From the NCBI RefSeq assembly GCF_963921235.1, contig NC_086120.1, positions 8,184,001 through 8,248,000 on the forward strand: DNA of 64,000 nucleotides. Direction: 5' to 3'. This document shows positions 50,300 to 63,900 of this stretch, piece by piece. The notes under the pieces are model-generated. The model was not told the origin of the DNA. It did no database searches and was given only the letters and a program-made list of their open reading frames with translations. Each line of letters begins with the position of its first letter. Within the stretch, counting starts at the first letter, position 1. The position numbers and the translations under genes were made by a program. The DNA comes from Mobula hypostoma. Lineage: Eukaryota.

Positions 50300-50990
50300 A
50301 TAGAAAAATACAGCACAGCAACATACTCTTTGGGTGAACTAATTAAGTTGATGATTCCTAATTCCTTCTCCCTGCACTTTGTCTTATGGCTCATATCTCT
50401 GCATGCTCATCTGCCTCTCTAAGAGCCTCATAAATCTCATATCTTCTTCCACCATCACCTTTCGCAGCACATTCCAGACACAACATCTCTGTGTCAAAAA
50501 CAACTTTCCTGCACCTCTCTTTTGAACTTTTCCTCTCACCCACACAGTGATGTAGAATTAGTGTGATACTATTATAATGCCAGTGACCTGGGTTACGTTC
50601 GGCCACTGTGTAAATAATTTGTAGTTCTATGCATGACCACCAGGTGGTACAGTTTCCTGACACTTTCCAAAGACATGCAGGATTCCAGGTTAATTTGGCA
50701 CATGGGTGTAAACGGGCAGCGAGGCTCTCTGGGCCAGAATAGCCTGGAACAATGCTGTGTCTAGAAATTTTAAAAGATACATGTTGTTCAGTGCAGTACA
50801 TTTCAACACTGGGAAAATAATATTGGCTGTCCACTGTATTTATGCTATATCTTAAATTTATAAACATCTTTTTGCTCCCTCCATAGCCTCTGCCATTCTG
50901 ATGAAACAAATCTAGTTTGTCCAAGCATTCCTGGCAGTACATACCCTGCAATCAAGGCAGCATCCTCTGTACCTATCCATCATCTCCATA
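50300..50990 (-). mobile_element. CR1 3' end with inserted fragment, degenerate
   Basis: ORF 50391-50951 (YQECLDKLDLF-like..RRYEIYEAL); atagaacatagaaaa tail. Confidence 0.55.
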
Positions 50991-51039
50991 TCCTTGCTAC
51001 AACAGGGCAAACAGAATTGGTGGTATACATAAAGCTATG

Positions 51040-52095
51040 GAGCTCTCAGGCAGCAAGCTGAGGAGAAAGAGCAAAGACCTGTACCTTTTCATATTCCATC
51101 AGAATTCAATGCCTTTTCTGCTCACTTTAACTGGCAGAACATGAAGCTATTTTCACAAATCCCCACAGAGCCAATGACCCTGCCATCTCAGTTTCTGCGG
51201 CAGAGATGAGCGATTCTATTGGAGAGTGAACTAAAAGAAATTATCTGGTTCAGTTGGCTTACCTGGATGAATACTGTTCTGATCAACTGGCTGGAGTGTT
51301 CACGTACATTTTCAAGCTTGTGTTTTTGGCATTCCAAGACAATCGTACATAATTTAAACAAGTGTGCAAGAAGGACATGGTATTCTGCCTCAATGACTAT
51401 TTTCCAGTTATGCTTATATCCACTGTGATGTAGTGATTCAAAAGGTTAGTCATGAAGCACATCACCTCCTACCTAAGGAACAAACAAGATCCTCTCCACT
51501 TGACCAACCATCACAACAGTTCAACAGTTAATGCCATTTTGTTGGCCTTTCACTCATCTCTGGAACACCTGTATACTGAAGGAGTCTCGTGAGGAAGTTC
51601 TTCATTGACCACAGCTCAGTATTGAACACTATCACCCCCTCAAATGTCATCACTAACCTCCAAGACCTGGGCCTCGATACCTCCTTAGCAACACTCACAA
51701 CATGCTGGAGGAACTCAGCTGGTCGGGCAGCATCAGTGGAAACGAGGAATGAAGTTCCGGCCCGAACGTCGACTCATCGTTTCCACTGATGATCCCCGAC
51801 CTGCTGAGTTCCTCTAGCGTGTTGTGAGTGTTGCTTTGATACCAGCATCTGCAGATTATTTTGTGTTTATTTTACCTCCTTATCTAACTGGCCCATCCAT
51901 TTCCTAATGGGTAGATCCCATTTAGTACGTATTGACAACACTCACAGTCACCATCAGCACATGAGCACCATAAGACTGTGTGCTTAGTCCCCTGCTTTTC
52001 AAAATTGTTGATGACATCAGTATTGCGAGTCAAAACAAAAGTGATAATAAATTGGCATATGAGGTAAATTGAAAATCTGAGTGGTGCCACAACAA
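51040..52095 (+). mobile_element. Degenerate Rex1 RT with a nested Penelope-tail insert (~51693-51870)
   Basis: RKFFIDHSSVLNTITPS; KIVDDISI. Confidence 0.65.
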
Positions 52096-52096
52096 C

Positions 52097-52978
52097 CCAG
52101 ACATCCCACCTCTCCACAGTGATCCTGGAGTCTCTCGCATATCGATAGCGGCTCCCTGATGCCCGCAAATTATATATAATATCCCGGAAATCGATATTTA
52201 GAGAGGGAGAAGGAGAGGGTAAAAAAAAGAAAGAAAGAAAATGAATGAATCCTGCTTGAACTCTCTTTGAGCTAAGTAGACCTATCAGTTTTCTCTGTGG
52301 GTGGGCTTTGCTGTCGACCTCTCTCTCTCTTCCATAGTCCATCCGTTCAGTTACCGCCGTCTATAATGACGCTGAAATGATCCGGACCACTGTCGGTGAT
52401 GAATTACAAAAGCCTGGCGAAGAAATTCCCAAGGGGTGGTGGTGACAACCTGACTACGTGAGGCTGTCCTATACGGGTGGTGTGCGTTGACGTCCTAAAG
52501 GGGATTAGAGCGGGGTTTAAAATGGAGCAAAATTCCAAAATCGTCCACTAAGACATCTTTAAAAACGCGCTCGCAGCAAGCAAATTCTTCGTTTTTTTTC
52601 CCTGAAACACTTCCACTTACAGGCACATCGAAGCCCGCGATGGACTGGGTTTAAGCACAGCCGTTTTCAGAAGAAAAACCGACATTAATAAACATCCGGT
52701 CCCCACCGAGGTCTTGTGGAAAGCGAACTTTTTACCTTTTCTGCGCACTTTATATGCATTTTGAATTATAGTTTATTAAATAATATTTTAATATACTGTT
52801 TTATGTGGTGTGCGTGATATATGTATTGTGGCTACACCGTGGTCCGGACAGAGGCTGTTTCGTTTGTGGACAATTAGTCAGATGACAATAAACTTGAACT
52901 TGATTATACAGAACCTCTAAATACCCATTTCGATTGAAAAAAAGTAAGTTCTGCTCCGGACTATTGCAGGCAATGTCT

Positions 52979-53022
<44 letters not shown>

Positions 53023-53460
53023 ACATAACGGACGTACATGCGATCGGACGTTGTTCGAATGGACGTTAAGCGGCGCACATCTGTAATAAGGATACACCTT
53101 ATGCTTTTATTTCTTTTAGGAACAACATATTAGTGAGGCTAAGCGCAGGGAAGGCTGCTCAAGTATTTCACAGTTCTTTTCAGCAGAAAACTGAAGTCTG
53201 ACAGGGAAGATCGCTAGAGCTGTGGTGTACTTTACATCTTTCATTGTTGAGCATAACCTGCCATTCCAGGTGTGTAAGCACACAGGCAAGCTATTCAGGA
53301 AAATGTTTCCTAATTCAGAAATAGTAAAAAACTATGCCTGCTCATCAACCAAGACAGCAGCTATTTTTACAGCAGCTATAAGAACGTGGCACATTAAGAC
53401 AGAATTCAGAAGTCAGCTGTCTCAAAAGACATTTTGTGAATCTGATGTCTTGCAACATTA
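52097..53460 (+). mobile_element. DNA transposon debris: hAT-like end, Tigger-like TIR (53030-53083, TA flank) and hAT transposase N-terminal relic (53170-53390)
   Basis: FTSFIVEHNLPFQVCKHTGKLFRKMFPNSEIVKNYACSSTKTAAI. The minus strand reads cagatgtgcgccgcttaacg, a Tigger/Golem-like end. Confidence 0.55.
52979..53020. repeat. (GA)n microsatellite
   Basis: Seen directly. Confidence 0.95.
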
Positions 53461-53469
53461 ACAAATTCA

Positions 53470-55361
53470 TTGACACAGACTGCTATGAGGTTGAGACTTC
53501 CGGTTAAGACCTCCCTGAAATCAGTTTTTGCAGGGTGGGATGTCTGATAACCTCTCCCTCATCGTCAGAAAAGCCAAAGAGCTAATTATCATCTACAGGA
53601 GGAAGAAATCAGAGGTCCATTAGCCAGTCATTAGCAGGTAACAGAGGTAGAATGGGTCCATAGCATTAAATACCGTGCTGGTTACATATCAGTAGAACTG
53701 TGTAAGGACTAGTTTATGAGACACATTATTAAGAAGATACAACAGCACTTTTACTTTTTTACAAGTTTGCACACAGTTGCCATGTCACCAAAAACTTTAA
53801 CAAATTTCTATAGATGCACATTGATGAGCATTGTAACTGGTTCCATCACGGCATGGTATGGGAACACCAATCCCAGCAGCAGATAAAACTACAGAATGTG
53901 GTGTACCACATTGAGTACATTTACTTGGAAGGCTGCCACAAATAGCAGCATCCATCATCAGAAATGTGTACCTTCCAGGCGCTGCCTTCCTTTCATGACT
54001 ACCATCAGGTGGGAGGTACCAATCAAAAACTACCAAATTCAAGAACAGTTATTGCCCTACTGATTCAATGATTTATAAACTGACTTTCAAGGACTCTTCA
54101 AAACTCAGCTTCTCAATATTATTTTATTTGAATTGCTTATCCTCCTTTGTAAAATTGTTGTTTGTAAGTTTGTGTTTATGGATTTTTTTCAAAAACTTCT
54201 CCTGTATTTGCTTCCAATGAAGACCAGCAAGAAAATGAAGATGAAAGTAGTCTTTGTTTTGTGTACATACTTTGATAATAAATGCACATCAACCACAGCC
54301 TACTGGTCAACCTCGACGCTTTGCAATTTGACTGCTGGAGCAACAGGTCAACGGCAAATGCCATCTCTTTGGCCCTACATTCCTCCTTGGAACACCTGGA
54401 GAATAAAGACACATATGTAAGGCTCCTTTTCATTGACCACAGCTCTGTCTTTAATACCATCATTCCAAATAAACTGATTCCTTATCTCCAGAACCTGGGC
54501 CTTAGCACACAGATCTGCAGCTGGATATTCAACTTCCTCACAGACAGGACCCAGGCTGTAAAAATAGGGGACAAGCTCTACTCTACAATCACTCTGAGCA
54601 CCGGTGCCCCACAATGCTGTGTATTCAGCCCCCTACTGTACTCACTGTACACCCATGATTGTGTGGCCACGTTTCTATCAAACTCAATATATAAGTTTGC
54701 TGATGACACAACAATTGTAGGCCGTTATCTCGGGTAATGATGAGTTTGCGTACAGAGAGGAAATTAAGAATCTGGTGGCATGGTATGAAGACAATAACCT
54801 ATCCCTCAACGTCAGTAAGACAAAGGAATTGGTTGTTGATTTCAGAAGGAGTAGCGGACAGCACGACCCAATTTACATCGGTGCTGCACAAGTAGAACAG
54901 GTCAAAAGCTTTAAGTTCCTCGGGATCAATATCACAAATGACCTGACTTGGTCCAATCAAGCAGAGTTCACTGCCAAGAAGGGCCACCAGCACCTTTACT
55001 TCCTGAGAAAACTAAAGAAATTTGGCCTGTCTCCTAAAACCCTCACTAATTTTTATAGATGCACCGTAGAAAGCATTCTTCTAGGGTGCATCACAACCTA
55101 GTATGGAAGTTGTCCTGTCCAAGACCGAAAGAAGCTGCAGGAGATCGTAAACACGACACAGCATATCACACAAACCAATCTTCCATCCGTGGACTCACTT
55201 TACACCACACGCTGTCGGAGTAGTGCTGCCAGGATAATCAAGGACACGACCCACCCAGCCAACAGACTTTTCGTCCCTCTTCCCTCCAGGAGAAAGTTCA
55301 GGAGCTTGAAGACACGTATGGCCAGATTTGGGAACAGCTTCTTTCCAACTGTGATAAAGCT
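53470..55361 (+). mobile_element. Two tandem Rex1-type LINE 3' parts; the younger (from ~54283) continues at 57490-57760
   Basis: ORFs 54282-54737 ([34 protein letters not shown]) and 54775-55101. Confidence 0.88.
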
Positions 55362-57489
55362 TGCGGGTGTGAATTGGGATAATGCTTTTTCAGGGAAATG
55401 TACTATGGACATGTGGTCGATGTTTAGAGATCTCTTGCGGGATGTAAGGGATAATTTTGGCCCGGTGAGGAAGATAAAGAATGGTAGGGTGAAAGAATCA
55501 TGGGTGACAAGTGAGGTGGAAAATCTAGTCAGGAGGAAGAAGGCAGCATACATGAGGTTTAGGAAGCAAGGATCAGATGGATCTGAGGAATATAGGGAAG
55601 CAAGAAAGGAGCTTAAGAAGGGGCTGAGAAGAGCAAGGAGGGGGCATGAGAAAGCCTTGGCGAGTAGGGTAAAGGAAAACCCCAAGGCATTCTTCAATTA
55701 TGTGAAGAAAAAAAAAGATGACAGGAGTGAAGGTAGGACCGATTAGAGATAATGGTGGGAAGATGTGCCTGGAGGCTGTGGAAGTGAGTAAGGTCCTCAA
55801 TGAATACTTCTCTTTGGTATTCACCAATGAGAGGGAACTTGATGATGGTGAGGACAATATGAGTGAAGTTGATGTTCTGGAGCATGCTGATATTAAGGGA
55901 GAGGAGGTGTTGGAGTTGTTAAAATACATTAGGACAGATAAGTCCCCGGGGCCTGACGGAATATTCCCCAGGCTGCTCCACGAGGCGAGAGAAGAGATTG
56001 CTGAGCCTCTGGCTAAGATCTTTATGTCCTCGTTGTCCATGAGAATGCTACCAGTCGATTGGAGGGAGGCGAATGTTGTTCCCTTGTTCAAAAAAGGTAG
56101 TAGGGATAGTCCGGGTAATTATAGACCAGTGAGCCTTACGTCTGTGGTGGGAAAGCTGTTGGAAAAGATTCTAAGAGATAGGATGTATAGGCATTTAGAG
56201 AATCATGGTCTGATCAGGGACAGTCAGCATGGCTTTGTGAAGGGCAGATCGTGTCTAACAAGCCTGATAGAGTTCTTTGAGGAGGTGACCAGGCATATAG
56301 ATGAGGGTAGTGCAGTGGATGTGATCTATATGGATTTTAGTAAGGCATTTGACAAGGTTCCACACGGTAGGCTTATTCAGAAATTTAGAAGGCATGGGAT
56401 CCAGGGAAGTTTGGCCAGGTGGATTCCGAATTGGCTTGCCTGCAGAAGGCAGAGGGCGGTGGTGGAGGGAGTGCATTCAGATTGGAGGATTGCGACTACT
56501 GGTGTCCCACGAGGATCTGTTCTGGGACCTCTACTTTTCGTGATTTTTGTTAACGACCTGGATGTGGGGGTAGAAGGGTGGGTTGGAAACTTTGCAGACA
56601 ACGCAAAGGTTGGTGGTGTTGTAGATAGTGTAGAGGATTGTCAAAGATTGCAGAGAGACATTGATAGGATGCAGAAGTGGGCTGAGAAGTGGCAGATGGA
56701 GTTCAACCCGGAGAAGTGTGAAGTGGTACACTTTGGAAGGACAAACTCCAAGGCAGAGTACAAAGTGAATGGCAGGATACTTGGTAGTGTGGAGGAGCAG
56801 AGAGATCTCGGGGTACATGTCCACAGATCCCTGAAAGTTGCCTCACAGGTGGATAGGGTAACTAACAAAGCTTATGGGGTCTTAGCTTTCATAAGTCGAG
56901 GGATAAAGTTTAAGGGTCGCGATGTAATGATGCAGCTCTATAAGACTCTGGTTAGGCCACACTTGGAGTATTGTGTCCAGTTCTGGTCACCTCACTATAG
57001 GAAGGATGTGGAAACATTGGAAAGGGTACAGAGGAGATTTACCAGGATGCTGCCTGGTTTAGAAAGTATGCATTATGATCAGAGATTAAGGGAGCTAGGG
57101 CTTTACTCTTTGGAGAGAAGGAGGATGAGAGGAGACATGATAGAGGTGTACAAGATAATAAGAGGAATAGATAGAGTGGATAGCCAGCGCCTCTTCCCCA
57201 GGGCACCACTGCTCAGTACAAGAGGACATGGCTTTAAGGTAAGGGGTGGGAAGTTCAAGGGGGATATTGGAGGAAGGTTTTTTAATCAGAGAGTGGTTGG
57301 TGCGTGGAATGCACTGTCTGAGTCAGTGGTGGAGGCAGATACAATAGTGAAGTTTAGGAGACTACTAGACAGGTATATGGAGGAATCTAAGTTGGGGGCT
57401 TACATGGGAGACAGGGTTTGAGGGTCGGCACAGCATTGTCGGCCGAAGGGCCTGTACTGTGCTGTACTATTCTATGTTCTATGTTCTAT
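55362..57489 (+). mobile_element. Young 5'-truncated CR1 inserted into Rex1, 5-bp TSD AAGCT
   Basis: AAGCT at 55357-55361 and 57490-57494; (ctatgtt)n tail. Confidence 0.9.
55718..57421 (+). CDS. CR1 ORF2 reverse transcriptase domain, 567 aa open frame, catalytic FADD changed to FADN
   Basis: KSPGPDGI, NYRPVSLTS, QHGFVKGRSC, GVPRGSVLGP, NFADNAK. Confidence 0.9.
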   Translation: MTGVKVGPIRDNGGKMCLEAVEVSKVLNEYFSLVFTNERELDDGEDNMSEVDVLEHADIKGEEVLELLKYIRTDKSPGPDGIFPRLLHEAREEIAEPLAKIFMSSLSMRMLPVDWREANVVPLFKKGSRDSPGNYRPVSLTSVVGKLLEKILRDRMYRHLENHGLIRDSQHGFVKGRSCLTSLIEFFEEVTRHIDEGSAVDVIYMDFSKAFDKVPHGRLIQKFRRHGIQGSLARWIPNWLACRRQRAVVEGVHSDWRIATTGVPRGSVLGPLLFVIFVNDLDVGVEGWVGNFADNAKVGGVVDSVEDCQRLQRDIDRMQKWAEKWQMEFNPEKCEVVHFGRTNSKAEYKVNGRILGSVEEQRDLGVHVHRSLKVASQVDRVTNKAYGVLAFISRGIKFKGRDVMMQLYKTLVRPHLEYCVQFWSPHYRKDVETLERVQRRFTRMLPGLESMHYDQRLRELGLYSLERRRMRGDMIEVYKIIRGIDRVDSQRLFPRAPLLSTRGHGFKVRGGKFKGDIGGRFFNQRVVGAWNALSESVVEADTIVKFRRLLDRYMEESKLGAYMGDRV

Positions 57490-58599
57490 AAGCTGATGAA
57501 TGGCTCCTGACCCAGCGCTGGGCTGTATCCTCCAAATATCCGGATCTGCCTTTCGGTGTTTTTGCACTACCTTACTTCCCATTTTTCTATTTTCTGTTTA
57601 TGAATTATAATTTAAGTGTTTAATATTTACTAATTTTAACTATTTTTAATATCTTTAGTATTTAATATTTGTAATCCAGGGAGTGTGAAGCGCAGAATCG
57701 AATATCGCTGTGATGACTGTACATTCTTGTACCAATTGTTTGGCGACAATAAAGTACTTTGAACTTTATATGGGAACATATACTGACTTTGAAAACAAAT
57801 ATATTTTGAAACATGGCTCTAGTGTTCAATAACACAAGAGTGTTGAACACTGGATGGTATGTAAAAACACCTCATCGTTGTCTCACAATGGCTATATTGC
57901 AATTTTTGATCACTTCATTTCATATAATGATCTGCTCGCATCTGGCCAAATCATCTGGTGTCTTGATTTGACTCTCACACCAACCATAATAGAAATGGTC
58001 AAATTCTGGATCATGCATACTTGCTTGGACCTGCATGTCCTACAGCCACAATAGAAGTGGAGGGTAACCCAAGTGCCAGTTTCACAGAGGAGAAGTCTGT
58101 ACATGAGGCATCAGGAGATGACTTTCAAGGAGTAGCGTGCAGATCATTGTTTGTGAGGTGAAAACCTACGATGTTTGGTATGGAGGTTGGTGCATGCGCT
58201 GTGTGCATATGTCAGAAATAAAAAAAAACTGGAAAAATCTACTTGTCACTCCAGACATATCTTTGTGGTGTCTGAACCACATCCATTCCAGGATGGATGT
58301 TGAATATCTCTATTCTAACAGCGATGGATTAGATGGCTCATATTCCAATTTTCATTGAAGCAGATGCAGAAACCACAAAGTGGGTGGGTGATGATGATCA
58401 GACTCCTGCTGTGAACGCTCGTCAGTTTGTATATCAGAGGTCACAGTATTTCAATGCTCTGTCATTCCACTGTTGCTGGAATTATAAAGCTTCTGCCTCC
58501 AGTAAGGGTAGCTGGGTGTACATCTATTATGCTCTTCCAGAATTACACTGTTATTCTCACATCAGTACCAATTCAGCCAGCCAGCTCAGATGGCTGATG

Positions 58600-59300
58600 C
58601 ATGTGGACAGAAGATGCAGCGTGAAGTCAAACATGAATCTCCAAAGCTGATGATACAAGCCAACCACACTAATGTGCAAAGTACAGTCTTCACAGCTGGG
58701 GCAGGTAGTGAAAATGAGAGGGGTTTGTAAGGTGGTCTACTTCTTCTGCTTTGAAAACAGGGTTTCTGTGTGTTTCTGATTCTAGACCTTGTGACTCTCA
58801 ATACAATCCCGAAGGCTCCTTCTCCACTTTGGCTGGTCATGGGCCAGACATGCCCAGGAGTCAGTGTGGCGATTGCATCCCTTCTGATTGCATCTTCGGT
58901 CTGTCCTTAATTTTTGTGATTATCAACCTGAAATCCCTTTGCATAACGGACCTGAGCATAGCAGGGTGGAAACACACAACTGACATTCTGCCCAGTGTAG
59001 CTAACTGAGAGTAATGAAGCGATTGGTACGATGATGACACTGATTCACTTCTCCTTGCAGTGTATGGTCAGTGACAGCTCTGGTATTTTTTTTTTCCAAT
59101 TCTTGGTGATACCTGCTGTCAATATCTAAAGAGTAAGATGACACATGACAAATGCCTCCTGAAGCAGAATTGATTTGTTGTCAATTCACAGAGGATCGGC
59201 ACATACCAAATGAGAAACATTGAGCAGGTTGGGAGCTAACTTGTTAAATTGTTGCAATCGTCTTAAGCTACCAGCCACAGCTTGTGATTAAGAAATTCTA
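58600..59300 (-). mobile_element. Old RTE LINE 3' relic
   Basis: ITLS*LHWAE..AHDQPKWRRSLR-like readings. Confidence 0.55.
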
Positions 59301-59479
59301 AGACATTGATTCAGCAAAAAGGGAAATGAGAAATATTACCGAATTGGAATGACTTGGATTATTGCACATCCTGCTATTTCTAATCACACTGTCCTTATTA
59401 TCGTCTTTGAGACCAGGAGGCCACAGCAGGTTTATCGCAGTTGGTAACGCTTGTTTAAATGTACAGAAGGGACAAGCGG

Positions 59480-60930
59480 GGTGGCTATGGTTGGGAATAG
59501 GCTACTGGTGAGAGTAGGAGTGTCAGGCACTGGCTCCAAGGAGGCTTCAACTCAAAAGAGATGTGGGCTCCAGATAAGATTCAGTTAAGTTTCCCATTTT
59601 TTCTCTCTTACTGTACCTGGTGAATCATGTGTGTTCTTCATGCCAGATATTGGAGTTCAGGAAGACCCTGAGTCTCCCAGGGAACTACATTTGCATGAAG
59701 GGCATCCAACCTCAATTCAGGATCTGGAGCAGCAGCTGAATGACCTTTGGCTTGTATTGGAGAGTGAAGAGATAATCGATCAGAGTTAGTGGGAAGTGGA
59801 CACTCTTAAATTACAGGATGTGAGTAGCTGAGTGAATGTCAGCAAAAATGGAAATGTGATTAGCAGCTAGCGCACAGCAGCCATGTGGCCATTCATCTGA
59901 ATAATAAGTGTACCGCTTTGGATACTGTTGTGCGGGATGGCCTCCCAAGGGAATGCCGTGGAGACTGGGTTTCTAGTGCTGAGCATAGGTCCATGGTGCA
60001 GAAGGTTAAGAGGGAGAATGGGCGGACGGTAGTGAAAGGGGACACAATAGTCAGCGGAACAGACAGGAGATTCTCTGCAAATCAGCAGGGCACATGAATA
60101 GTATGTTGCCTCCCTGGTGCTAGTGTTAGGCACATCTTGGATTGCATCCACAGCATTTCAGAGAGGCAGGGTGTGCAGCCAGATGTCTTGGTAGATACTG
60201 GTACCGACACATGAATGTAAAGCAAAGAGGACCTTAAAAGAGAATTTAGAGAGCTAGGTAGAATGCTGAGAAGCAGGTCATCCAGGGTAGTAATTTCTGG
60301 TTTGATACCCATGCCACATGCTAGAGAGGATAGAAACAGGATGATTTAGCACATGAATACATGGCCCAGATGCTGGTGCAGGGAGCAGGGCTTCAGGTTC
60401 TTGGATCATTGGGATCACTTCTGGGGGTGGTATGACGTGTTCAGAAGTGACAAGTTGAACCTGAAGCTGAGGAGGACCTATATTTTGGTAGGCAGCTTTG
60501 TTAGAGCTGTTGTGGAGGGTTTCAGCAAATTTGGCAGCGGTGGAAGGGGGTGGGACTAGAGTGAAGGGACTCAGGAAAGGACGAATGGTAAAATAAAACA
60601 GAGATAGCTTGCAGTCAAACTTTCAGAAAGGGCAAGCAGATGAAAGGACAAAACTGCAACCAGCAGGTTGAGTATCAGTGCATCAGAGATGCAGAATCAA
60701 AAAGGATAGCAAATGCAGCACTCTAAGTGTTAAATTATAAGAAACAAGGCGAATGATCTTGTTTCACTATTACAGATTGTCAGGTGAATGACCTTGTTGC
60801 ACTATTACAGATAGTCAGGTATGATGTTGTGGCCATCACTAAATCGTGGCTGAAGGATGGTTGCAGTTGGGAGCTGAATGTCCAAGGTTACATGTTGTAT
60901 CAGACAGATAGAAGGTAGCCAGAGAGGGTG
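59480..60930 (+). mobile_element. Degenerate CR1 ORF1 (esterase) and start of ORF2
   Basis: VVKGDTIVSGTDRRF; CREQGFRFLDHWDHFWG. Confidence 0.75.
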
Positions 60931-60959
60931 GAAAAGACTGGCAATAAATCAGTAACAGA

Positions 60960-63900
60960 TAGAAACATAGAAACATAGAAAACCTACAGCACAATACAGG
61001 CCCTTCGGCCAACAAAGTTGTGCCGAACATGCCCCTACCTTAGATATTACTAGGCTTACCCATAGCCCTCCATTTTCTAAGCTCCATGAAACTATCCAAA
61101 AGTCTCTTAAAAGACTGTATCGTATCCACCTCCACCACCATTGCCGGAAGCCCATTCCATGCATTCACCACTCTCTAATTGAAAAACATACCCCTGACAT
61201 CTCCTCTGCACCTACTCCCCAGAACCTTAATCCTCTGTCCTCTTGTGGCAGCCATTTCAGCCCTGGGGAAAAGCCTCTGATTATCCACATGATCAATGCC
61301 TCTCATCATCTTATAAACCTCTGTCAGGTCACCTCTCATCCTCCGTCACCCCAAGCAGAAAAGGCCATGTTTACGCAACCTGTTTTCATAAGGCATGCTC
61401 CCCAATCCAAGCAATATCTTCGTAAATCTCCTCTACACCATTTATTGGCTTCCACATCCTTCCTGTAGCGACCAGTACTGAGCACAGTGCTGCAATTGGG
61501 GGTTGACCAGGGTCCTATATAGCTGCAACATTATCTCTCAGCTCCAAAATTCAATTCCACAATTAATGAAGGCCAATACATCATACGCCTTCTTAACCAC
61601 AGAGTGAACCTGTGCAGCTGTTTTCATCATACTATGGAATCGGACCTCAAGATCCCTCTGATCCTCCACACGGCCAAGACTCTTACCATTAAGACTATAT
61701 TCTGCCATCATATTTGACCTACCAAAATGAACCACTTCACACTTATCTGGGTTGAACTCCATCTGCCACTTCTCAGCCCATTTTTGCATCCTATCAATGT
61801 CCTGCTGTAACCTCTGACAGCCCTCCACACTATCCACAACACCTCCAACCTTTGTGTCATCAGCAAAATTACTAACACAACCCTCCACTTTCTCATCCAG
61901 GTCATTTATAAAAGTAACAAGAGTAAACGTCCCAGAACAGATCCCTGAGGCACACCACTGGTCACTGCCCTCCATGCAGAATACGACCCGTCTACAATCA
62001 TGCTTTTCCTTCTGTGGGCAAGCCAGTTCTGGATACAAAACGCAATGCCCCCTCGGATCCATGCCTCCTTACTTTCTCAATAAGCCATGCACCTTATCAA
62101 ATCCTTGCTGAAATCCATATACACTACATCTACTGCTCTTCCTTAATCAATGTGTTTAGTCACATCCTCAAAAAATGCAATCAGGCTCGTAAGGCACGAC
62201 CTGCCTTTGACAAAGCCGTGCTGACTATTCCTCATCATATTATACCTCTGCAAATGTTCACAAAACCTGCCTCTCAGGATCTTCTCCATCAAATTACCAA
62301 CCACTGAATTAAGACTCACTCATCTATAATTTCCTGGGCTAACTCTACTCCCTTTATTGAATAAAGGAACATCATCCGCAATCCTCCAATCCTCCAGAAC
62401 CTCTCCCATCCCCATTGATGATTCAAAGATCATTGCCAGAGGCTCAGCAATCTCCACCTTCACCTTCCACAGTAGCCTGGCGTACACCTCATCCGGTCCG
62501 GTGACTTATCCAAATTGATGCTTTCCAAAAGCTCCAGTACAACTTTTTTCTGAATGTCGACATGCTCAAGTTTTTCAGTCTGCTGCAACTCATCACTACA
62601 ATCACCAAGATTCTTTTCCATAGTGAATACTGAAGCAACATATTCATTAAGTACCTCTGCTATTTCCTCCGGTTCCATAAAGACTTTCCCACTGTCACAC
62701 TTGACAGGTCCTATACTTTCACGTCTTATCCTCTTGCTCTTCACATATTTGTAGAATGCCTTGGAGTTTTCCTTAATTTTGCCTGCCAAAACGTTCTCAT
62801 GGTCTGTTCTGGCTCTCCTAATTTCCTTTACATTAGATTATGAAAACACGGAGTCTTCTTTTATTGTCATTTAGTAATGCTTGCATTAAGAAATGATACA
62901 CTACTTCCTCTGATGTGATATCACAAAACACAGGACAAACCAAGACTGAAGAAAAATAAAAAACCCAATAATTATAACATATAGTTACAACAGTGCAACA
63001 CTACCATAACTTGCTGAAGAACAGTCCATGGCACAGTAAAAAGTTCAAAGTCTCTCAAATGTCCCACATCTCATGCAGATGGGAGAAGGAAGAAAACTCT
63101 CCCTGCTATGCCCGACCACAGTCCGACTCAGAGTCATCCGAAAACTTCGAGCCTCCGATCAGCCCTCTGACACCGAGTACTGAGCACCATCTCTATCCGA
63201 GTGATTCGACCTCAATCTCGGTCGCCAGCAGCAGGCAAAGCCGGGGATTTTGGGGCCTTCCCTCCGGAAGATTTCTCGATCACGCAGTAACGACGGCAGT
63301 GAACTGGCGTTTCAGAAATTTCTCCAGATGTTCCTCTGTGCTTTCACGTCTGTCTCCATCAAATCATAATTGTCCACGGCCCCTATTTAACGGATACTAC
63401 ATAATTTTTCAGCGGAGGGCTGCGCGCACGCGGCGCACCGCACTCTCTCCTCCCGCCATAAATAAATTTGCTTTATAAGCTCCCTCCTGTTGGCCTTATA
63501 ATCTTCTAGATCTCTAACATTACCTCACTCTCTGAACCTTTTATAAGATTTTCTTTTCTTCTTGACTAGATTTATTACAGCCTTTGTACACCACGGTTCC
63601 TGTACCTTACCATTACTTCTCTGTCTCATTGGAACATACCTGTGCAGAACTCCACACAAATATCCCCTGAACATTTGCCACATTTCTTCCGTACTTTTCC
63701 CTGAGACCATCAGTTCCCAATTTAAACTTCAAATTTCCTGCCTGATAGCCTCATACTTCCCTTTATTCCAATTAAATGCTTTTCTAACTTGTTTGTTTCT
63801 ATCTCTCTCCAATGTTCTTGTAAAGGAGCTGGAATTATGATCACTATCTCCAAAATGCTCTCACAGAGAGAACTGACACCTGACCAGGTTCATTTGCCAA

